Shown here piece by piece: positions 48,168 through 57,304 of a stretch of DNA of 64,000 nt; position 1 is the first letter of the stretch; every line of letters starts with the position of its first letter. Source of the DNA: Nitrososphaeria archaeon (GTDB taxonomy: Archaea > Thermoproteota > Nitrososphaeria > Conexivisphaerales > DTJL01); contig JARVJU010000011.1 in the NCBI GenBank assembly GCA_029775965.1, positions 24-64,023 of the forward strand. The letters run 5' to 3'. A program made the position numbers and the translations under genes. The notes under the pieces were generated by a model, which worked only from the letters and a program-made list of their open reading frames with translations, did no database searches and had not been told where the DNA came from.

Positions 48168-48518
48168 TTGAATAGCCTGCTTGCCTCAAAGTGTATGAAA
48201 TGTGGCAGAGAAAACTTCCCTCCGTTAAAGGTCTGTAGGAGCTGTGGTTCAAGACACATGGAATCTATAGCTTTACCTGACAGAGGGATACTAGATTCTT
48301 ATACAGTGCTTATGGTTACTGCTTCAGAGTTCAATGGCTCTGCTCCTATTATAATAGGTCTTGTCAGACTGGAGAATGGCTTAAAAGTTATAGGACAGGT
48401 CAAAGGTATTCGCCTTGAAGAGATAAAGGAAGGCATGCAGATGCAACTGCAGGTCAAGCAGACTGAGAAAAACACAAAAGGTGTAAGCTACGAATTCATG
48501 CCTACCTCTTCATCTTGA
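48168..48518 (+). CDS. DUF35 OB-fold/zinc-ribbon protein (thiolase partner)
   Basis: CMKCGRENFPPLKVCRSCGS rubredoxin-like ribbon followed by an OB-like region. It starts directly after the thiolase stop. Confidence 0.8.
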   Translation: MNSLLASKCMKCGRENFPPLKVCRSCGSRHMESIALPDRGILDSYTVLMVTASEFNGSAPIIIGLVRLENGLKVIGQVKGIRLEEIKEGMQMQLQVKQTEKNTKGVSYEFMPTSSS

Positions 48519-48579
48519 AAATTCGTCTTACATTAGCAATCTTGAGTACAAACAGCACCGAAAAACTGCAAACTATTTC

Positions 48580-48587
48580 TTTTTTTT
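48580..48587 (+). terminator. Oligo-T tract (T8), candidate archaeal terminator after the thiolase-DUF35 pair
   Basis: TTTCTTTTTTTT lies about 60 nt downstream of the stop at 48518. Confidence 0.3.
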
Positions 48588-48625
48588 AACCAAGAAATTA
48601 AAATATAAGTAGGTTGGGGGCCAGC

Positions 48626-49663
48626 ATGGACTTGTCCGACGAAGACTTATACGACGTAATAGTATTGGGCGGCGGGCCAGTTGGTCTTTTTGCAACCTTT
48701 TATGCTGGCTTTAGAGACCTGAGCGTAAAGCTGATAGAAGCAACGGAAGACCTAGGTGGTCAGATAACGCTTCTTTATCCTGATAAATACATCTACGATA
48801 TGCCTGGTTTTTATGAAGTCATTGGGACCGAAGTTGTGAAAAATCTTGTTATGCAGGCAAAGAGGTATAACCCAACGATAGTGCTTGGAGAGAGAGCACT
48901 CAAGATAACAAAGCTGAACGATCATAAATTTGAAGTGGTAACCGATAAAGCGGTTCATTATTCCAAAACAATCCTCATATGCACTGGTATAGGAGCTTTC
49001 ACACCGAACAAGGTGGAGGCTGTAGGTATACCAGAATTTGAAGGCAGAGGTGTATTTTACTATGTCAGGGATCCGGAGAGATTCCGCGGCAAGAAGGTTC
49101 TCATAGTTGGAGGGGGAGATTCTGCTGTAGACTGGGCTCTTCATCTAAAGGATATAGCATCAAGCCTTACATTGATACACAGACGAGATGTATTCAGGGC
49201 ACATGAAAAGTCTGTCGATGCTCTTATGCATTCTAATGTTACAGTCAAGCTCTTCTATGTACTGAAAGAAGTCAAAGGAGATGATTGGGTAAGAAAGGCT
49301 ATAATCACTAATGTTCAGAGCAATAAGGATGAAGAGATGGAAGTGGATGATATACTTGTTCTTGTAGGTTATAAGGCAGACCTCAGCATAATAAGACAAT
49401 GGGGTATTGCCATGGACTCTAGAGGTGTCTTGGTGGATGATACAATGGAGACCAATATACCGGGCATATACGCAGCAGGGGATGTGGCATCTCCAAAGTC
49501 AGGTTTTAGGCAGAATTTGCTTGCTGTTGGATTTGGACAGGCAGCTACTGCTGCTAACAGAATAAAGAAGTACCTGGAGCCAAGCTCTTCTGCCTTTGAG
49601 CATAGCACACTTAGAGAACCGTCATCTAAGATAACTGCCTCACCGGAGACAGCAACCCATTGA
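48626..49663 (+). CDS. Thioredoxin-reductase-like ferredoxin-NADP+ oxidoreductase (YumC/TRLF type)
   Basis: YDVIVLGGGPVGLFA, VGGGDSAVDWA, and AAGDVA. The listed ORF starts at TTG 48614; ATG 48626 is preferred. Confidence 0.75.
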   Translation: MDLSDEDLYDVIVLGGGPVGLFATFYAGFRDLSVKLIEATEDLGGQITLLYPDKYIYDMPGFYEVIGTEVVKNLVMQAKRYNPTIVLGERALKITKLNDHKFEVVTDKAVHYSKTILICTGIGAFTPNKVEAVGIPEFEGRGVFYYVRDPERFRGKKVLIVGGGDSAVDWALHLKDIASSLTLIHRRDVFRAHEKSVDALMHSNVTVKLFYVLKEVKGDDWVRKAIITNVQSNKDEEMEVDDILVLVGYKADLSIIRQWGIAMDSRGVLVDDTMETNIPGIYAAGDVASPKSGFRQNLLAVGFGQAATAANRIKKYLEPSSSAFEHSTLREPSSKITASPETATH

Positions 49664-50177
49664 GAAAGGCAAGCGTCACTAGTGCAATACTCTTTGAATC
49701 CACTACTTTTCCGTCACGTATGTAGGACCAGATCTGTCTGCTATCTATCTGAACCAGCTCAATATCTTCGTCCTTTTCGAGCCTCTGACTGCCTGCTTTC
49801 TTAGCATCTGCATAAAACAGAGTTATTCTTTCTGTGCAGTAGCCTGGGGCGGTCACAATACTTCCAAGCTTTTTCAGTCTTACTGCTACATAACCTGTCT
49901 CCTCCTCCAGCTCCCTTGCTGCACATGAAGCAGCATCTTCTCCTTTGTTTATTGTCCCTGCAGGAAATTCGAATATCTCTTCAGCTATAGCAGGTCTGTA
50001 CTGCTTTTCTAGCAGAAGTGTATCATCTTCTGTCCGAGGAAGAACAGCAACTGCACCGGGATGCTCCACCACATCTATTTCTACGCTGTCATCTTCTACT
50101 TTGAATTTTTTCTTTTTTACCGTAAATACATTCTCTATGAGTACTTCTTTCGAATCAATAAGCTTCCATTTTCTCAT
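49626..50177 (-). CDS. NUDIX hydrolase (ADP-ribose pyrophosphatase-like)
   Basis: Nudix box GTINKGEDAASCAARELEEETGY. Confidence 0.85.
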   Translation of the reverse strand: MRKWKLIDSKEVLIENVFTVKKKKFKVEDDSVEIDVVEHPGAVAVLPRTEDDTLLLEKQYRPAIAEEIFEFPAGTINKGEDAASCAARELEEETGYVAVRLKKLGSIVTAPGYCTERITLFYADAKKAGSQRLEKDEDIELVQIDSRQIWSYIRDGKVVDSKSIALVTLAFLNGLLSPVRQLS

Positions 50178-50309
50178 GTTTTTATTACAGCTAGATTGTG
50201 TATAAAAAGTCTTCTATAAGGATAGCGGTATATATATCTAGCAATACCTACTTATTTACTCCCAGTTTTTGAAGTAAGGAACAAACGCTTTAGGACATAT
50301 GATTCTAAA

Positions 50310-51098
50310 CTATAGCACTTTAATGATCTCGTTTACTTCACTAGCAGAAACAGAGAGGTCCACTTTAAGGGGTGTTATCGATATCAGGCTATCCTCCAGC
50401 ACTGCCTTTGCATCACTTCCTTCCTCATAATTCTGCACTCTATTCCCCCATATCCAGTAGTATGGTTTCCCTCTCGGGTCAAGTCTTTCAACTATATAGT
50501 TATCATACTTCTTCTTCGCCAGTCTGGTAAAGACTGTCCTTGTGTTAGTTGTTATGTTTATGGGGTAGTTTACATTAAGCAAATCAACTCCTTTCGGAAG
50601 ACCATGGGTTGCAACCCACGATACAACCTTTGCAGCATGTTCTGCAGCGATGCTAAAGTTTCCTATAGCGTCAGCAGGTGAAAATATCATACCCTCAACT
50701 ACTTGCATAGAAAATGCAACTGAAGGTACCCCAAGGAAGGCACTTTGTATTGCTGCCTGCACCGTCCCTGAGGTGTATACATCCTGTATACCTGTATTAT
50801 CCCCTATATTGATACCAGACGCCATCACTGCAGGTCTCTGTTTGAAGACTCGGTTAAGAGCTACCATCACAGCATCAGCTGGACTTCCGGATACAGCGTA
50901 ACCTTTGCAACCTGCTACAACTATCTCCCTTATTCTTAGAGGTTTGTGGAATGTTAAACTCATACTTGTTCCGCTTCTCGGTCCTTCCGGTATGACAGGC
51001 ACAACATTGGCATTCTTTGCTATTGCAGTTATAAGAGCTTGGACTCCTGGGCTGGCAGGGCCGTCATCATTAGCTACTAGCACTGTGACTGATTGCAT
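50310..51098 (-). CDS. surE: 5'/3'-nucleotidase SurE
   Basis: VLVANDDGPASPG, and SGINIGDN. ATG 51098 is preferred over the listed GTG 51143, which abuts the rbcL stop. Confidence 0.85.
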   Translation of the reverse strand: MQSVTVLVANDDGPASPGVQALITAIAKNANVVPVIPEGPRSGTSMSLTFHKPLRIREIVVAGCKGYAVSGSPADAVMVALNRVFKQRPAVMASGINIGDNTGIQDVYTSGTVQAAIQSAFLGVPSVAFSMQVVEGMIFSPADAIGNFSIAAEHAAKVVSWVATHGLPKGVDLLNVNYPINITTNTRTVFTRLAKKKYDNYIVERLDPRGKPYYWIWGNRVQNYEEGSDAKAVLEDSLISITPLKVDLSVSASEVNEIIKVL

Positions 51099-51143
51099 GT
51101 ATGAACCTAGAAGGCTTGTTATGATAAATCTTTGCCTATGCAC

Positions 51144-52412
51144 TTATATGTATGTTTGCCTTCCCCACTTTTGAAGAGCTTCTCTTAGTTCTCTGCTCTT
51201 TTTTGCGTATTCATCCAGAGGTATATTATTCATGTAAGAATCAATTGCATCCCTAAGAGCTCTGGCTCCTGCTCTCCCTCCCGAGGGATGCCCCCAGACA
51301 CCACCACCCACTTGAACAACTATATCGGTTCCTAGCATACTAAGTAGCCTTGGTATGAGGCCTACATGCAGGCCTCCTGAGCTTACGGGGAATACTTTCT
51401 TCATCCCTTTCCAACCATTCCTAGATGTTGTCAGTTTTTCTTTTAGGGTCAACACCTCTTCTTTGCTTGCCTCAAGCTTGCCAACAACAGTACCTATGTG
51501 CAATTGGTCAACACCAATTATTCTTGATATCTCTGCTACAAGGTTCATACTCATTCCATGTTCAATCGACCTTGTAAAGGCCGCATGAAAAGCTCTATGC
51601 GCGTGTATAGCTAGACCTAGCTCATCGCATACATCCCTTAGAGTCTGAAGAGCCGACCAGCCTGATGTTATTATGTCTATCATCACATATTCTCCACCAA
51701 GCTCTTTAACAAGCTTTGCACGCCTTATCATCTCCTTGGTCTCAGATGTTATGTTTATCAGGTAGCTCTTTCTTTCCCCAGTTTCTTTCTCCGCCTTATC
51801 CCTCATTCTGAATGTTTCTTTTGCTCTGAACTCGAAGTTATTAAAGCTCTGGCTTGTAAGGTTCTCGTCATCCTTTAATAGATCAAGGCCACCTATCCAT
51901 GCGTCATATCCGTAGGCTGCATGCTCTTTGTGTGTCAGGCCGAGCTTTGGCTTGGGCACAGAGGCGAGTAAAGGCCTTTTCGTCACCTTCAAAAGATCCC
52001 TTATCCCTTCTACCCCAAACTTTGGACCCTTGAATGAACGCATAAGTTTCTCAGGCCAGACAACATCTTCGAGCCTGAGAGAAGCTATAGCCTTCATGCC
52101 AAATATATTCCCAGCTATACTGCTCAGAATTTGAGGCATGTTTCTAGGTTCGAATAGCGTATAGGGATAAGCGACCCATACAAAGGAATTATCAATTTTG
52201 TAGGCCTTTGCCATCAACTCCTTTACACTAGGTGTCAGGCTTGCAAGTGTGGTCCAAGTTCCTACACTGCTCTCGGATGCCACCCTACCTGCAGCCTCAT
52301 CAATGCTGAAACCTTTTGCAGGTTTTATCTTGAACTTCGCTATCAGATCATCATTCTTTGCCCTGTAGCTAAAATCAACAAAGTCTAGGTACCATTCGAC
52401 CTTCTCTTCCAA
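51144..52412 (-). CDS. rbcL: Ribulose-1,5-bisphosphate carboxylase/oxygenase, form III large subunit
   Basis: GGLDLLKDDENL (carbamylated Lys region), IHAHRAFHAAF, SSGGLHVG, and GGGVWGHPSG. There is no small-subunit gene, the protein is 422 aa, and the context is archaeal. Confidence 0.9.
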   Translation of the reverse strand: MEEKVEWYLDFVDFSYRAKNDDLIAKFKIKPAKGFSIDEAAGRVASESSVGTWTTLASLTPSVKELMAKAYKIDNSFVWVAYPYTLFEPRNMPQILSSIAGNIFGMKAIASLRLEDVVWPEKLMRSFKGPKFGVEGIRDLLKVTKRPLLASVPKPKLGLTHKEHAAYGYDAWIGGLDLLKDDENLTSQSFNNFEFRAKETFRMRDKAEKETGERKSYLINITSETKEMIRRAKLVKELGGEYVMIDIITSGWSALQTLRDVCDELGLAIHAHRAFHAAFTRSIEHGMSMNLVAEISRIIGVDQLHIGTVVGKLEASKEEVLTLKEKLTTSRNGWKGMKKVFPVSSGGLHVGLIPRLLSMLGTDIVVQVGGGVWGHPSGGRAGARALRDAIDSYMNNIPLDEYAKKSRELREALQKWGRQTYI

Positions 52413-52501
52413 ACCATACTACCATGCATCGATATGGTATTTATGACTATGCAGGAAGCATCACAAAAAGCTTAAAGGTATCATTCCAAAAGAGTTACAG
52501 G

Positions 52502-53806
52502 ATGCAGTTATCCGACGCTGCGCAGGAATCAAAATGGACGTCGGCGCACACATGGTCGTTTATAGCTTTCTCCTTCGGTATGTTCCTTGAGGCTTACATC
52601 TATGGTCTCTCATTCATAGCCTCAGGATGGTATCCTGTCAGTGGCACAGCTCTACAGACACTCATACTTATCTGGTCGCCCCTTTTTCTGATAACAGGCA
52701 TAGCATTCGCTGGACCACTATCAGATGCACTGGGTAGAAAGAAGACGTTCTACCTTACTATGCTTCTTTATGCGATAGGTGCTGTAGGTATCTATTTTAG
52801 CAATTCGTACTTCACTACGCTTCCTTTCCTTGCTCTGCTTCTCTTTGCGGCTGGAGGTGAGATGAATACAATCATGACTGCAACTCATGAAGTCATGCCC
52901 AGAAGGCATAGGAGCAAGGCGATGTACTGGGAAGTGAATTTCATCAACGCAGGAGGGACAGTACTTGGTGCCGTGGCTATAGTTGCTTCCACCTTGTATA
53001 ATTCAGTATACTTCCAGAGGGAGATGATAGCAGCAACCTTTCTCCCCATACTAGTTATCTTGGCATACAGCAGATACAAAATGCCTGAGTCTATCAGATG
53101 GCTCGAAGCAAAGGGTAAAGTTGATGAAGCTAATCATATCGCACAGAGATACTATCTGCCAGAAAACAATAACAGTAAGATAAGCCCTCAAGGCAGCACG
53201 TTTAAAGTACCACCACTCTGGGTAAAAGTTCTTGTCACGACCGTAGTTGCAGCTTCTAACACTATAGGCTTTACCTTGATGGCCTATACAATAGGTCCTT
53301 TCTTCAACCAGAGTCTGACAGCGTACTATATACTTGCAGCTAACCTTGTAGGGTTTATAGTAGGAGCTGCAATAGCAACGTTGGCAGACAGACTGAGCAG
53401 AAGAAGTCTATTACTCTACTCATCTCTAGGAGTAGTAGCTGTAACATGGATAATATACTACTATGTAGGTCTAGGAGCCATAAACCTGACATTGTTCTGG
53501 GCTATGCTGATTCTATTCTATGGATTTGTGGGAGTAAACTATCTCTCCGAGGATACCCTTAAGGGCGAGCTTTGGCATACCAGCAGAAGAGGAACCTATA
53601 CTGCCCTGACGAGATTTATATCGATAGGTCTTTCTATACCAGTGATACTAATAACTTCAAGCTGGAACATACCTATTTACACTCTGTTTAATGCAATTGT
53701 CTGGACATGCGGCTTGCTAGCTATACTACTCTGGCGTGTGAAAGGTGTGGAAACGGGGAAGGGTGTGCCGATAGGAGTCGCATCGGGCGAAGTTAAGCCG
53801 ATGTAG
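52502..53806 (+). CDS. MFS transporter, sugar-porter-like
   Basis: SDALGRKKTFY and MPESIRWLEAKGKVDEA. ATG 52502 is preferred because the listed start at 52424 leaves only 11 nt to the divergent rbcL start. Confidence 0.75.
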   Translation: MQLSDAAQESKWTSAHTWSFIAFSFGMFLEAYIYGLSFIASGWYPVSGTALQTLILIWSPLFLITGIAFAGPLSDALGRKKTFYLTMLLYAIGAVGIYFSNSYFTTLPFLALLLFAAGGEMNTIMTATHEVMPRRHRSKAMYWEVNFINAGGTVLGAVAIVASTLYNSVYFQREMIAATFLPILVILAYSRYKMPESIRWLEAKGKVDEANHIAQRYYLPENNNSKISPQGSTFKVPPLWVKVLVTTVVAASNTIGFTLMAYTIGPFFNQSLTAYYILAANLVGFIVGAAIATLADRLSRRSLLLYSSLGVVAVTWIIYYYVGLGAINLTLFWAMLILFYGFVGVNYLSEDTLKGELWHTSRRGTYTALTRFISIGLSIPVILITSSWNIPIYTLFNAIVWTCGLLAILLWRVKGVETGKGVPIGVASGEVKPM

Positions 53807-53872
53807 ATTAGACTACACATTAATTTTTATTGTAGGAAGCGTTTAAGAATGTATAGTAAACTATAGTCAGCC

Positions 53873-54127
53873 ATGTCGATACCGATGACACCTCAGGGAG
53901 GGGAGCTTGTTGATTTTGAAGCGGAAGGAGAAGACCACTGGATCAAGCTTAAGCTCAAGGATGGTAGTGTGCTGATGTACAGGAGCATAGTAAGTGCTAT
54001 CTTCAGGGTTGGTAATGATCCCAATACAGGGCTGCCTATATACGCAATACAATCTAGCAACGTGGTAAGAATAGTGAACGTTCCAAAAGAACTGATCAAG
54101 AAGAAGCAGACTTCCAGCTACGGGTAA
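53873..54127 (+). CDS. Hypothetical small protein
   Basis: An 84-aa ORF, soluble, co-directional with sdhA and 24 nt upstream of it. I recognise no motif. Confidence 0.35.
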   Translation: MSIPMTPQGGELVDFEAEGEDHWIKLKLKDGSVLMYRSIVSAIFRVGNDPNTGLPIYAIQSSNVVRIVNVPKELIKKKQTSSYG

Positions 54128-54151
54128 GACAATAGATAATACTTATACGCG

Positions 54152-55921
54152 ATGAGGAGTAGGGTATGGGGTCCTATGGAATATCTCAAATATGACGTGG
54201 CAGTTCTCGGCTCTGGTCTTGCTGGAATGAGGGCAGCTCTTCAGGCAGCTCTGCATTCAGACGGCAAGCTAAGGATAGCTCTTATATCAAAGCTCCATGC
54301 CATGAGGAGTCATTCTGTTTCAGCTGAGGGAGGGATATCAGGTGTACTCTACCCAGGAGAGAATGGAGACTCTATAGAGCTTCATGGTTTTGACACAGCT
54401 AAGGGAGGTGACTATCTTGGCGACCAGCCTGCAATAGAGATGCTTGTCAACGAGGCACCAAAGGAGATCCGATTCCTCGATCATCTTGGAGTCCCATGGA
54501 ACAGGACTGAAGATGGAAAAATAGTTTTGAGAGCCTTTGGTGGTATGAGCATACCTAGGACAGTCTTTGCTGCAGATAAAACAGGTTTCTTCATGCTGAA
54601 TGCATTATATGATAACATATTGAGCTTTCAAAACATTGATGTTTTCCATGAACATTATGCCACACATCTAATAGTAAAAAATAACGAATTCAAAGCGTTT
54701 CTAACAATAGATATGGCAACTGGAGACAGAAAAGTATTCCTTGCCAAGTCTGGAATTATAGCTACAGGAGGAGCATCAAGATTCTTCGGCTTCACAACAA
54801 CTGCATATTCAAGTACAGGTGATGGTATTGCATTAGCATACAAAGCAGGAATACCTGTAAAGGATATGGAGTTCACCCAGTTCCATCCAACAGGTTTGGT
54901 TCCTTCTGGCGTGCTGATCACAGAGGCTGCAAGAGGGGAAGGTGGATATCTTCTTAACAACGAAGGAAAAAGGTTCATGGAGAACTATGCAAAGAGCAAG
55001 ATGGAACTGGCACCTAGAGATATAGTATCTAGGGCAATGATAACTGAAATAAACGAGGGAAGAGGACTGATAGACGAGACATCTGGCATAAAGCATGTAC
55101 TTCTTGACCTTAGGCATCTGGGTGAGGAGAAGATTGATGAAAGACTCCCTATGATCAAGGAGCTTGTTATAAAGACTCTCGGTTTTAACCCCTCAAAGGA
55201 GCCTATACCTGTCAGGCCTGCCGCTCACCATACTATGGGAGGTATACATGTGAATCTGTACGGCCAGGTTATGGCAGATGATACAAGCAATGCTATTAAA
55301 GGTCTATGGGCTGCTGGGGAATGTGGTTGCGTAAGCGTCCATGGAGCTAACAGACTCGGCAGCAATTCTCTAAGCCAATGTGTCATCTGGGGCAGAATGA
55401 CAGGAGAGGCGGCTGCAAAGAGAGCTGTAGAGATGTCAGAGCTTCCCTTGGAAGCGGAAATAAAAGATGACTTGGAGAGGGCAGAAAAGGAGGTTGACTT
55501 GCTGCTGTCAAACAAAGGGTCAGAGAACCCTTATCAGCTAAGAAAGGAACTTTGGGAAACAATGGATACTTATGTATATGTCTTTAGAACAACTGCAGGA
55601 TTGGAGAAAGCAAGAGCAAAGCTGGTTGAGTTGAGAAGAAGATACAAAGACATATATGTTTCTGACAAAGGCAGCATATACAATGCAAACCTTAGAGAGG
55701 CATTTGAAATAGGCAACATGATAGAGCTTGCGCAGGTGGTTGTCGAGGGTGCAATAAACAGAAGGGAGAGCAGGGGTGCACATGCAATGCTCGAATATCC
55801 TAGCAGGGATGACAAGAATTTACTCAAGCATACTCTTGCCTACAGAACTGATGGCGTACCAAGGATATCATACATTCCAGTAATAATAACGAAATGGCAG
55901 CCTATGGAGAGGAAATATTGA
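54152..55921 (+). CDS. sdhA: Succinate dehydrogenase / fumarate reductase flavoprotein subunit
   Basis: DVAVLGSGLAGMRAA, RSHSVSAEGG (FAD-linking His region), HPTG, and HTMGG. The true start may be ATG 54176. Confidence 0.95.
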   Translation: MRSRVWGPMEYLKYDVAVLGSGLAGMRAALQAALHSDGKLRIALISKLHAMRSHSVSAEGGISGVLYPGENGDSIELHGFDTAKGGDYLGDQPAIEMLVNEAPKEIRFLDHLGVPWNRTEDGKIVLRAFGGMSIPRTVFAADKTGFFMLNALYDNILSFQNIDVFHEHYATHLIVKNNEFKAFLTIDMATGDRKVFLAKSGIIATGGASRFFGFTTTAYSSTGDGIALAYKAGIPVKDMEFTQFHPTGLVPSGVLITEAARGEGGYLLNNEGKRFMENYAKSKMELAPRDIVSRAMITEINEGRGLIDETSGIKHVLLDLRHLGEEKIDERLPMIKELVIKTLGFNPSKEPIPVRPAAHHTMGGIHVNLYGQVMADDTSNAIKGLWAAGECGCVSVHGANRLGSNSLSQCVIWGRMTGEAAAKRAVEMSELPLEAEIKDDLERAEKEVDLLLSNKGSENPYQLRKELWETMDTYVYVFRTTAGLEKARAKLVELRRRYKDIYVSDKGSIYNANLREAFEIGNMIELAQVVVEGAINRRESRGAHAMLEYPSRDDKNLLKHTLAYRTDGVPRISYIPVIITKWQPMERKY

Positions 55922-56340
55922 TGAGCTCCAAGAAGAATTTAAGAGATGAAAGAGGATCCCAGTCAAGAATAGCAAGACTGACTTCGTTCTATACCGGAGC
56001 TTTCATACACATGCTCTTCTACAGGATACTTATACCGGTGTCGATAATCTATGGTATAACGATATTTGTATGGCTGGGGTATCCTTCTCTAGCTATACTT
56101 GTCAAGGCTATGACTGCAATAGTATGGTTCCTCTTTACTCCGCAATTCTTCTATACAATAAAGGGCTTGATTCTCTCATACAGCAGGGGTCTAAGCTTCG
56201 GACATCTTAATCCAGAATTTGTTGCGATATACAGATCAAGGTACAAAAAGAACACAGCATATCTTGCACCGATTCCATACATAGCTCTTGCGATTTGGAT
56301 CATAGGTTTTATAGCTATGCTTGTCTGGTGGTCGCCATGA
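55921..56340 (+). CDS. Membrane protein in the SDH operon (candidate anchor subunit, 3-4 TM)
   Basis: The ATG overlaps the sdhA stop (TGATG). About 140 aa and hydrophobic, with two His residues (FIHMLF, FGHLNP). Confidence 0.55.
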   Translation: MSSKKNLRDERGSQSRIARLTSFYTGAFIHMLFYRILIPVSIIYGITIFVWLGYPSLAILVKAMTAIVWFLFTPQFFYTIKGLILSYSRGLSFGHLNPEFVAIYRSRYKKNTAYLAPIPYIALAIWIIGFIAMLVWWSP

Positions 56341-56540
56341 GAGCATCAAGGATAATGCTTTTGGAATACATAGCTATGCTGGGGGTGCCTGTTCTTCTTC
56401 TAATAGAGGTAATACTTACTCCCTTCCAAGGCATAGCAGCATTAAGAACAGCAATTATAATTCTGATTGCTCTTGGATCTGTGATTTACGGCGCGATTGG
56501 ACTTAGAGATGTATACATAAGAGGAGGAAGGAGTGAATGA
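56337..56540 (+). CDS. Small membrane protein in the SDH operon (candidate anchor subunit, 2 TM)
   Basis: ATGA overlap with the upstream gene and ATGA overlap with sdhB. 67 aa, no His. Confidence 0.5.
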   Translation: MRASRIMLLEYIAMLGVPVLLLIEVILTPFQGIAALRTAIIILIALGSVIYGAIGLRDVYIRGGRSE

Positions 56541-57304
56541 CAGAGCAGCTGCAGGTCAAGGATGTAAAACTCAGGATAAAACGTTACATTCCATCAAGTA
56601 AGGAGTTTAAAGAATTCCAGTATTCTGTCAGGGCAGATAAGTATACCACTGTGCTGGATGCTCTGATAAAGGTCAAAGAAATTCAGGATCCTACACTCTC
56701 AGTAAGGTACAGCTGCAGGATGGGTATATGTGGATCCTGCGGGATGGTTATTAACGGAAAGCCAAGGCTTGCATGTGAGACACATCTATTTTCCCTTAGC
56801 ACAGAAGAAGTGCAGATTGGCCCTATGGAGGGGCATCCGATACTAAAAGATCTGGTGGTTGACATGGATGATTTCTTTGAAAAGCATAGACAGGTTCTAC
56901 CATGGCTTTATAGAGAAGATATGAAAGAGAAGTTCAGTGCAGAGCAGGAACACAAGCAGGAAAGAAGTGAGCTGGATTATTATCTTCCATTTTCATACTG
57001 TATAAAGTGCGGTTTATGCGTTGATGCATGTCCAGTCAGCAATACGAACAAGGATTTTCTCGGACCTCAAGCTCTTGCTCAAGCATATCGTTATAACAGT
57101 GATTCCAGAGACCAAGGAGAAAAGCTGAGACTTGAAAAGCTAGATACATTTGAGGGGGCATGGGGGTGTGAATATGCAGGTGCCTGTTCAGTGGTATGCC
57201 CGAAGGGTGTCGACCCCGCTCTTGCCATCCAGCTCCTTAAGCTTGATGTACTAAGGTTCAGTCTGACAGGAAAGACAAACACGAAGAAGAAGGTAACAGG
57301 TTAA
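56537..57304 (+). CDS. sdhB: Succinate dehydrogenase / fumarate reductase iron-sulfur subunit
   Basis: CRMGICGSCGMVINGKPRLAC (2Fe-2S), CIKCGLCVDACP, and CSVVCPKGV. Confidence 0.95.
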   Translation: MTEQLQVKDVKLRIKRYIPSSKEFKEFQYSVRADKYTTVLDALIKVKEIQDPTLSVRYSCRMGICGSCGMVINGKPRLACETHLFSLSTEEVQIGPMEGHPILKDLVVDMDDFFEKHRQVLPWLYREDMKEKFSAEQEHKQERSELDYYLPFSYCIKCGLCVDACPVSNTNKDFLGPQALAQAYRYNSDSRDQGEKLRLEKLDTFEGAWGCEYAGACSVVCPKGVDPALAIQLLKLDVLRFSLTGKTNTKKKVTG

